DNA from: Sulfolobales archaeon | Lineage (GTDB): Archaea > Thermoproteota > Thermoprotei_A > Sulfolobales > AG1 | Assembly (NCBI GenBank): GCA_049970935.1 | Contig: JBMFLZ010000002.1 | Coordinates: forward strand, 998 to 64,997 | Direction of reading: 5' to 3' | Length of the DNA stretch: 64,000 nucleotides | Shown here: piece after piece, positions 57,160-64,000 of the stretch | Layout: the number at the start of each line of letters is the position of its first letter | Numbering within the stretch: position 1 is the stretch's first letter | Position numbers and translations under genes: made by a program | The notes under the pieces: generated by a model | Databases searched by the model: none | What the model was told of the DNA's origin: nothing | The model's input: only the letters and a program-made list of their open reading frames with translations

Positions 57160-57445
57160 CTAGATCACTGAGATCTATCTCTATAATCTTTCCTTCTCTA
57201 GGTTTCAGCGTCTCAACAGATCTTTCTTCTTCTCCAAACTCCACATCTTCACCAGCCTTGATCTTTGATATAACAGTTCTCCACCTATAACCACAATTAG
57301 GACATTTAAAAGAACCCATTACAGTTATTGTGACCCTGCCCCTCGCATCAGGTATTGGAGAAATTAAGTGCCAAGTTTTCTCAGGTTCTTTAACCTCGTA
57401 CCCACATCTAGGGCATATGTTAGGTTTTTCACGTGTTTTTCTCAA
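57149..57445 (-). CDS. Zinc-ribbon protein
   Basis: CPRCG...CPNCG four-Cys ribbon with an acidic tail. Overlaps the signal peptidase gene by 11 nt. Confidence 0.5.
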   Translation of the reverse strand: MRKTREKPNICPRCGYEVKEPEKTWHLISPIPDARGRVTITVMGSFKCPNCGYRWRTVISKIKAGEDVEFGEEERSVETLKPREGKIIEIDLSDLDED

Positions 57446-57663
57446 TTTCTAACCTCTTATTATCTTAGTGAAGGAGTAATAAATAGTATATTGAGTCAAC
57501 ATTAGTATTAGAACTATGTAAGAAGGCAACGCCTATATTTACGAGATCGTGTAGATTAATTACTGTAATAATTAATTTAAAAGGTGTTCAGACAAATTAA
57601 GTAATTAGTGGGTTAAAGATAACTAATAGCATTAATTTCTGAAAAACGAGGTTAGATGAGTCC

Positions 57664-58275
57664 ATGACAGATCATGATCTTGGAAGAAAAGTAAAGTATC
57701 TAGGAGGACATTTAATGATGAGAAAAGAATATGGAGATATGGTTCTTGAGGGTAAGAAGACTAGTACCATAAGACTGGGATATATAATACCTAAGAAAAA
57801 AGAGATCATTATTCACAGTGGTGGAAGACCTATAGCTAAAGCAATTATTGATGAAGTTATTCATAAGAAATTATCGGAATTAGATGATGAAGATGTGATT
57901 CGTGAGGGGTACAGCTCAAAGAGAGAATTATTTAAAGAGCTTAGAAAAATCTATGGAAGAGGTATATCTAAGGATAGCATAGTCACTATAATAAGATTCC
58001 ATGTTACGGAGAGACTTGATAATCTAGATCTCTCTAAGCCTTATATGGGTCTTAAACCTAAAGATATCGCTGCACTAGGCCTGAGATACTTAAATAATGA
58101 ATTACTAGAGGAGGAAAAGAAGATTCTACAAGTGCTTAGAGAAACTGGCAGCATTAGAAAAACTGCTTACAGGATCTATGGGACAGTAGAGAAAAGATTT
58201 AATGTTAGATTAGTGCTTAAGAAAGTTATTGAGAAATTAATTATGAAAGGTATCTTACAGATAAGTACTCCCTAG
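57664..58275 (+). CDS. ASCH (PUA-like) domain protein with C-terminal HTH-like region
   Basis: MVLEGKKTSTIRLG...IIIHSGGRPIAKAII is ASCH-like. The C-terminal ILQVLRETGSIRKTAYRIYG is HTH-like. Confidence 0.6.
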   Translation: MTDHDLGRKVKYLGGHLMMRKEYGDMVLEGKKTSTIRLGYIIPKKKEIIIHSGGRPIAKAIIDEVIHKKLSELDDEDVIREGYSSKRELFKELRKIYGRGISKDSIVTIIRFHVTERLDNLDLSKPYMGLKPKDIAALGLRYLNNELLEEEKKILQVLRETGSIRKTAYRIYGTVEKRFNVRLVLKKVIEKLIMKGILQISTP

Positions 58276-58288
58276 AATCTCGAAGAAC

Positions 58289-58717
58289 TCACGATCCTTC
58301 CGTATTTTTAGCCACAAACTCTTCTAATTCATTCAGATCCATAAATCCCTCGTGCCGCGCAACTAGATCTCCGTTTTTAAATATTATAATTGTTGGGACA
58401 GCAAAGACCTGATATATTATACTCAGAATCAAGTTACTTTTCACTGTAGTATTTACTTTTGCGAACTTAATATTGGAACCATTTATTTTTCTCGCTAAAG
58501 AGAATTCCTCAAAGATAGGAAGAAATCTCTTACAAACAGGGCATCCTGGATTGTAGAAGACAATTACTGAGTATCCCTCATTAATAAATTTCTTAAAATT
58601 GTCTAAACCCTCTATCTCTACAATGTACTTATCTTTCTGAGATAGTAGTTGCTTATATAACTCTTCTGCTATTTCACGTAATTTACTCTCGATCTCATTC
58701 ATTGAGTTTGTCTCCAA
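58289..58717 (-). CDS. Thioredoxin-fold protein
   Basis: FYNPGCPVCKRF (CxxC), and the cis-Pro region FAVPTIIIFKNG. Confidence 0.8.
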   Translation of the reverse strand: METNSMNEIESKLREIAEELYKQLLSQKDKYIVEIEGLDNFKKFINEGYSVIVFYNPGCPVCKRFLPIFEEFSLARKINGSNIKFAKVNTTVKSNLILSIIYQVFAVPTIIIFKNGDLVARHEGFMDLNELEEFVAKNTEGS

Positions 58718-58788
58718 ATATACTATTTTATGTCCTTCATAAATTAAGTGTTAATAGAAAAAGGCACTTTTCAGAAAAAGACTCGGGT

Positions 58789-59433
58789 CTATGGCAATAC
58801 TCCATAGGCGTCTTTACCTTTATTAATTGCCGCATTTAATCTCTTCTCGACATCGTCCCAATTGACCACATTCCACCAATTATCTACATAAGTAGATCTA
58901 TCATTCTTATACTGTAGATAGTAAGCATGTTCAAATACATCTATTATAAGCACAGGTATTATACCCGCTACTTGTAGAACATTATGTTTCTCTATTTGAT
59001 ATATTCTTAATTCTCCTAGCAGAATATCATAGCCTAAAGCAGTCCATCCAACGCCCTCAACATTTTTGGCTGCTGCTGAGAATAATTCTTTGAATTTTTG
59101 GAAAGAGCCGAAGGATTTATCTATTAGATCTCCTAGATAACCACCAGGTGTTCCGCCTCCTTTGCCTGCTGGTGCCATATTTCGCCAGAAGAGACTGTGA
59201 AGTATATGTCCTCCGTAGTTAAATGAGAAGTCTCTTAGAACAGCTCTTACATCGATCTGCAACTCTCCTTTTAAGTATTTCTCTAATTTCTCGAGTGCCG
59301 CGTTTGCACCATTAACATATCCTTGATGATGTTTCTGGTGGTGGACTTTCATTATTTCTTCTGATATATATGGTTCTAATGCGTTGTAGGGGTAGGGGAG
59401 TGGAGGTAACTCATATCTCTTCATATAATGCAC
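58789..59433 (-). CDS. sod: Fe/Mn superoxide dismutase
   Basis: HHQKHH, and DVFEHAYYLQYKN. Confidence 0.95.
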   Translation of the reverse strand: MHYMKRYELPPLPYPYNALEPYISEEIMKVHHQKHHQGYVNGANAALEKLEKYLKGELQIDVRAVLRDFSFNYGGHILHSLFWRNMAPAGKGGGTPGGYLGDLIDKSFGSFQKFKELFSAAAKNVEGVGWTALGYDILLGELRIYQIEKHNVLQVAGIIPVLIIDVFEHAYYLQYKNDRSTYVDNWWNVVNWDDVEKRLNAAINKGKDAYGVLP

Positions 59434-59477
59434 CTTATAGTATGAATTTAGATGCTTATAAAAATAGGAGATGTGAG

Positions 59478-60650
59478 TTATATTTCAACGTGTTTTAGTT
59501 GTTCAATAACGTATTTTCTTATCTCGGTTGGTTTAGGTAATTCTCTTATGATTCTTCCCTTCTCCATATATTTAAGAAGTAGATCCTCTGGTTCTCTACC
59601 ATCTGGGCATTTAGGAACCGGATCATTCCAAGAGTTAACGTAATACATGAATTTATTCTCGAATAAACACCTGTAGATCTTTTTAGCACCAGGTAGTTTC
59701 CCTCTCTTAGAGAATGGCACCCACCTGTTATCTCTATAGACCTCTACTATATCAAGACTAAGATCTATGCTCTGTGGAAAAGCTATTGATGTTCCAACAC
59801 CAAAGCCATCTGCGACATCTCGTAGATTAACTATATCTTTCTCATCTAATCCTCCACTCACAAAGATTTTTACATCGTCTCTGCCAATCATATGTAATGT
59901 CCACTTAACTTCTTCAACAATTCTTTTCATATTACCTCTTCGAGAGCTGGGAGTATCTAGTCTAACACCCATTAACTTATCTCCTAATGTCTCAACAGCT
60001 AATAATGTCTCTGCTCTCTCATCATACAAGGTGTCCACTAATGCAATTCTTGGAACCTCTTTATCCATTGTCTCATCGAAAGCTTTCCACGCTTTTCTTG
60101 GATCGCCGAAGACTAGTATCAATAGATGAGGCATTGTGCCTAAAGGTTTGATCCCTAGCAATTCCTCGCTATAGGCTCCTGATACAGCGTCACAGCCACC
60201 TATATACGCAGCTCTGTCAAGTACATAAGCTAGTACTGGGTGAGCTGCTCTTAGACCGAAGAAAATAACTGTTTTATCACCAGCTAATTTCTTTATCCTG
60301 GCAGCCTTTGTAGCCACTGAAGTTGAGTGTCTAAGTATTCCTAGTAGTGCTGTTTCTAACTCAACAAACTCTCCTACAGGTCCTTCAATCAGCATAACAG
60401 GATCCAATTCTCTAAACACTGTCCCCTCCGGAATCGCATATACATCTAATTCCCTCCCTTCCAGTAATCTCAAGGCTTCTTCTAAGCCTGCGAAAACAGC
60501 CCATTTGTAATCCTTGGGTAAACCGTATACGTGGATCTCTGCCCTAACAGGTGTTCTGTCTAACCCGTATTTCTTAAGGATCGATAAAGTCCTTTTAAAA
60601 TAAATATCTGTGACCTTGCCCTTCCTAATATCATCCCAGCTAGGGTACAT
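59478..60650 (-). CDS. Nicotinate phosphoribosyltransferase (archaeal type)
   Basis: Type II PRTase layout ([28 protein letters not shown]). Confidence 0.8.
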   Translation of the reverse strand: MYPSWDDIRKGKVTDIYFKRTLSILKKYGLDRTPVRAEIHVYGLPKDYKWAVFAGLEEALRLLEGRELDVYAIPEGTVFRELDPVMLIEGPVGEFVELETALLGILRHSTSVATKAARIKKLAGDKTVIFFGLRAAHPVLAYVLDRAAYIGGCDAVSGAYSEELLGIKPLGTMPHLLILVFGDPRKAWKAFDETMDKEVPRIALVDTLYDERAETLLAVETLGDKLMGVRLDTPSSRRGNMKRIVEEVKWTLHMIGRDDVKIFVSGGLDEKDIVNLRDVADGFGVGTSIAFPQSIDLSLDIVEVYRDNRWVPFSKRGKLPGAKKIYRCLFENKFMYYVNSWNDPVPKCPDGREPEDLLLKYMEKGRIIRELPKPTEIRKYVIEQLKHVEI

Positions 60651-60855
60651 TATCGTTAAATCCCTACAAAAAAATAATTGTGAAGGCTAAAATATAGTAT
60701 TGAAAATTCTCTTCAAAATTTTCGTAAGTTAATAAGGTTATATCCTTAATGATTTTTCTTCTGTTTTAACACGAAGATCATGATTCATAGAGATTTTACA
60801 CAGACTTAAGTGATAAATAAAAAATAAATTTATCGAGAATATAAATGGATGATAA

Positions 60856-62106
60856 ATGTACGGATACGAGCACCCCTCAAAGGATATTATTGGGAAATAT
60901 GCTAGGACACTACTAGATCACTCTATAGCTCTGGGTGTGACAGCAAGTGTTTCTTTATATAGATCTCTTGATTTAGCCAGAGAACTTATGAGAAGAGGAG
61001 CTGAAGTATATCCTATTATCTCTAAAAGCGCAGCAAAACTGATATCCCCGATTATGTGGGAGTGGGCAACTGGGAATAGGGCTTATGTAGAGTTTGGCGG
61101 TGAGATAGGTCACGTGGAGATAGCACGAAAAGTCTCCGGAATGGTTATTGCTCCAGCTACTGCAAATACCATAGCTAAGATAGCTCATGGAATTGCTGAT
61201 ACCTCGGTTACCTTAACCGCGCAAATCATCTTAGGAGTTGGTAAGAGACTTCTCTTAGTACCTGCTATGCATGAACCTATGTATAGATCTCCCGCTCTTG
61301 TGAGAGCTCTAGAGATTTGTAGAGAGATAGGCGTATCAATTCTTCCACCTGTTATAGAAGAGGGAAGAGCTAAGTATCCTGATCCTGTCTGGGTAGCTGA
61401 TAAGATAGAGGCTTTGGTTTTACGAGGAGAGGACCTTAAGAAATATAAGATCCTAGTTACAGCTGGTCCAACGAGAGAGCACTTAGACCCCGTTAGATTC
61501 ATATCGAATCCTAGTACTGGTAAGATGGGTGTCGCAATAGCTTCAGAGGCATTTTATAGAGGAGGAGAAACAAAACTTATCCACGGACCATTAAGTATTT
61601 CAGTTAATCCATGGATCAGTAGAGAAGAAGTTATTTCAACTGAGGACATGCTCAAAGCTGTAATAAAGAATATAAGGGAATTTAAGCCTGATGCAGTGAT
61701 CCTAGCTGCTGCACCAGCTGATTTCAGATTCTCAAAGAGAGAGGATAGAAAAATACCCTCAGATATAAGTAAGTTATCTGTGGAGCTAGAAGCTACATCT
61801 AAGATTGCTGCTTTAGTACGTAGAGAGGCTAAAGAAAGCATAGTTGTGGGGTTCGCGGCAGAGACTGTTTCCTCAGAAGAGGAATTAATTGATAAAGCAC
61901 ATAAGAAATTAGAGAAATATGGTTTTGACATGATTATGGCTAATTATGTTGGTTTCCCAGGAACAGGTTTTGGGTATGATACTGATGCTGGTGTTCTATT
62001 AGATAGTAATGGTAGAGTACTGGCCAAAGGATTCATGCTCAAGAGAGAGTGGGCTAGAATTATTCTTGATCATGTTAAGGAGAAAGTTTCTAAAGGATCC
62101 CTATAA
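60856..62106 (+). CDS. coaBC: Bifunctional phosphopantothenoylcysteine decarboxylase / phosphopantothenate-cysteine ligase
   Basis: Flavoprotein domain (APATANTIAKIAHGIADT) and CoaB domain (ITAGPTREHLDPVRFISNPSTGKMG, AAAPADF). Confidence 0.9.
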   Translation: MYGYEHPSKDIIGKYARTLLDHSIALGVTASVSLYRSLDLARELMRRGAEVYPIISKSAAKLISPIMWEWATGNRAYVEFGGEIGHVEIARKVSGMVIAPATANTIAKIAHGIADTSVTLTAQIILGVGKRLLLVPAMHEPMYRSPALVRALEICREIGVSILPPVIEEGRAKYPDPVWVADKIEALVLRGEDLKKYKILVTAGPTREHLDPVRFISNPSTGKMGVAIASEAFYRGGETKLIHGPLSISVNPWISREEVISTEDMLKAVIKNIREFKPDAVILAAAPADFRFSKREDRKIPSDISKLSVELEATSKIAALVRREAKESIVVGFAAETVSSEEELIDKAHKKLEKYGFDMIMANYVGFPGTGFGYDTDAGVLLDSNGRVLAKGFMLKREWARIILDHVKEKVSKGSL

Positions 62107-62217
62107 TTTATTAACGATATACCCTCTATAGAATCACTGTGTTAGAATAATTCACGTTCTCACTCGTGAGCGAGAACCAGGGGTAATATATAAAGTTGAT
62201 TTAAATAATAGATTAAG

Positions 62218-62475
62218 GTGCTGAGAATAACAGAAAGAAAATACATATGTGTAGTATGTGGTAAGAAATTCCCAGAGGGGCAGGGTATAGTTATTAAGGT
62301 GAGAGATATTACACTAGCTTTTCACAAAAAAACGTGTTTTGTCAGATTCTTTAAAAGCTACATTGATGTTGTTGACCCAGGATGCTTCGATAAATACGCT
62401 AAGAGGATACTAGCAGAATATGAAGAGCTTCTTAAGAAAAAAACAGTTTCTAAGAGATTTCTCGAGGAGTCATGA
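62218..62475 (+). CDS. TRASH / ribosomal-L24e-like zinc-binding protein
   Basis: CVVCGKKFPEGQGIVIKV...FHKKTC follows the C-x2-C-G-x3-P-x-G-x-G...F-x3-x-C pattern of L24e/TRASH domains. It carries an extra helical C-terminal tail. Confidence 0.45.
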   Translation: MLRITERKYICVVCGKKFPEGQGIVIKVRDITLAFHKKTCFVRFFKSYIDVVDPGCFDKYAKRILAEYEELLKKKTVSKRFLEES

Positions 62476-62540
62476 GGAAATAACTCTTAACTATTATTAA
62501 TAGCTCTGATACACATAATTATATCGAGAAGGATTAATTC

Positions 62541-63596
62541 ATGGCAAATAAAGTGCTTAGATACATTGTGTCTAGAGGATTATCTATGTTTCTAGTTTAC
62601 TTTGTTTCTCTAACATTATTCTTTTTCTTCTTTAGAATAGCTCCAGTTGTGATTGGTGGCGGGAATCCTTTGGCTCCAGTTAAGGCATCATTTGATCCTC
62701 TTATAGCCGCTGCAGGGAGTGCTGTTCAAGGGAATCCTTCTGGTGCTACGTGGATTGGTTACATATCTAGTCTATACGGATTTGATAAACCATTGATCCC
62801 AGATCAATTAATTTATTTCTATAAGAATATTTTCACATTCAATTTTGGTAACTCTCTATACACCTTCAGACCTGTTTCTCACGAGATGCTTATTAGACTA
62901 CCATATACACTAGTGATCTACGTCGTCGGCGTTCTAGCCCCAATTTTACTTGGTTATAGTCTCGCTATATATAGTGTCAAGAGTAGAGGAAAACTAGTTG
63001 ATTTGCTCATAACAACTTCTTCTCTGGTCTCTTACGTAGTTCCATCATACGTGATGCTTTTACTCATCTACTATTTCTTAGGCTACTTGCCTAAAGTTAC
63101 TTTGGGTGTGAAGATATTTCCGCTACCGGTCAGATCTCCTTTTATAAGTGAGAGATTAAATATCGAGGAAATATTTTATTTAGCTTGGTATGTTCTACCC
63201 ATATATATAGCGCTGATCCTTACATCTTTTGGTCAATGGGCTTATTATTTGAGACAATTACTAGTATCAGAGTCAGAAAAAGATTATGTGTTCTCAGCGA
63301 GAGCCGTTGGTTATAGAGAGGATATTATTCTCAAAAGAGAAATTACCCCCAACATAAGACCTCCTCTAATAACGTCACTAGCCTATACAATACCAACGAT
63401 CTTTGGTGGATCAATTGTTTTAGAGATGATAGCTTCGTGGCCGGGTATCGCTACTTATGCTTATAACGCGATGTCTTTGGGTGATTTCCCGTCTATAATA
63501 GGATTCTACGTAATTTCATCGATGCTGTTAGTGATCTCTATATTCATAGCTGATATACTAATAATTCTCTTAGATCCTAGAACTAGACCTAGGTAA
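62541..63596 (+). CDS. ABC transporter permease (DppB/OppB family)
   Basis: Six TM helices, an EAA-like loop (YVFSARAVGYRED), and a C-terminal LLDPRTRPR typical of Opp/Dpp permeases. Confidence 0.85.
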   Translation: MANKVLRYIVSRGLSMFLVYFVSLTLFFFFFRIAPVVIGGGNPLAPVKASFDPLIAAAGSAVQGNPSGATWIGYISSLYGFDKPLIPDQLIYFYKNIFTFNFGNSLYTFRPVSHEMLIRLPYTLVIYVVGVLAPILLGYSLAIYSVKSRGKLVDLLITTSSLVSYVVPSYVMLLLIYYFLGYLPKVTLGVKIFPLPVRSPFISERLNIEEIFYLAWYVLPIYIALILTSFGQWAYYLRQLLVSESEKDYVFSARAVGYREDIILKREITPNIRPPLITSLAYTIPTIFGGSIVLEMIASWPGIATYAYNAMSLGDFPSIIGFYVISSMLLVISIFIADILIILLDPRTRPR

Positions 63597-63644
63597 TTAT
63601 TTTATCACTTTGAAAGAATATAGATTAGGATATTTGGTGAAAGT

Positions 63645-64000
63645 TTGAAGAAGGATATTAGAGTAGTTGTTTTAGGGACTGTCAACATTGATCATTTCAC
63701 TTATGTGGAGAGAATACCAGATGTAGGAGAATCTATAGGAGATGCTTCTTACCACAGAGACTATGGAGGTAAAGGTCTAAATATTTCAACTGCTCTGAGA
63801 AGATTAGGTCTTCAAGTCTCTCTTATCGGTTGTGTAGGGAGAGATATTTATGGGAAAGAGATCTTAGATTTCTTAAAGCGAGAAGATATAGATATCTCCA
63901 ACATAAAGATCGTTGATGCAGATACTGGGGCAGCATTTATCATTGTTCAAAGAGATGGTAGAAAAACTATCATCTCTGTTCCTGGAGCTAACTATCTCAT
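63645..64000 (+). CDS. PfkB-family sugar kinase (ribokinase-like), 3' end beyond window
   Basis: VVVLGTVNIDH, and DYGGKGLNISTALRRLG (GG motif). TTG start at 63645. The frame is open to the window end. Confidence 0.75.
   Translation, partial: MKKDIRVVVLGTVNIDHFTYVERIPDVGESIGDASYHRDYGGKGLNISTALRRLGLQVSLIGCVGRDIYGKEILDFLKREDIDISNIKIVDADTGAAFIIVQRDGRKTIISVPGANYL

Noticed and set aside
60741-60800. AATGATTT ... ATGATTC ... CACA in the NAPRTase/coaBC spacer as a C/D box sRNA
   Set aside because: No CTGA-type D or D' boxes lie at the right spacing, and the guides are AT-rich.
62156-62177. Inverted repeat GTTCTCACTC-GT-GAGCGAGAAC after coaBC as a terminator or small RNA
   Set aside because: The stem is short and imperfect with a minimal loop, and no flanking T-tract or boxes are present. 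It may be a weak hairpin or a binding site, but the evidence is too thin to call a feature.

Overview
An AT-rich, very gene-dense archaeal chromosome segment. Many neighbouring genes overlap by 1-20 nt, and many appear leaderless. The gene content points to a hyperthermophilic crenarchaeon (Thermoprotei, possibly Desulfurococcales-like); this is inference only. The relevant genes are a crenarchaeal-type single-OB SSB, AGOG 8-oxoG glycosylase, TiaS, Sua5, FEN1, HerA/NurA, bifunctional PGI/PMI, a split MetE, an intron-containing tRNA and C/D box sRNAs. About 70 protein genes are present, mostly housekeeping: tyrS, deoxyhypusine synthase, glyA, glmS, gcvT/gcvH, pyrH, coaBC, sod, uS19, feoAB, etfAB, NAPRTase and uppS. 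I saw no rRNA, CRISPR array, transposase or integrase. The ORF track misses the RNA genes: tRNA-Thr(CGU) with a 31-nt canonical intron; an orphan tRNA 3' half with a GC-rich leader (split-tRNA candidate); three C/D box sRNA candidates, one with a guide matching a universally conserved LSU rRNA segment; and a 76-nt GC-rich hairpin RNA with a K-turn consensus. The most interesting protein-level observations are these. (1) A small 2-TM protein whose fold is repeated at the N-terminus of the adjacent 463-aa polytopic membrane protein, possibly a pilin/platform pair like Ced or VirB2-VirB6. (2) Deoxyhypusine synthase and GcvT both have conserved N-termini upstream of any ATG/GTG/TTG, each beginning near an ATC codon at the predicted leaderless transcription start. 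(3) A FeoC-like winged-helix/Cys-cluster protein follows feoAB, and a perfect 18-bp palindrome sits at the feoB promoter. (4) A stand-alone nurA-herA pair and a tightly overlapping Zn-ribbon/signal-peptidase/SLOG/RNase-H-fold operon. All family assignments come from motif recognition by eye; no searches were run.
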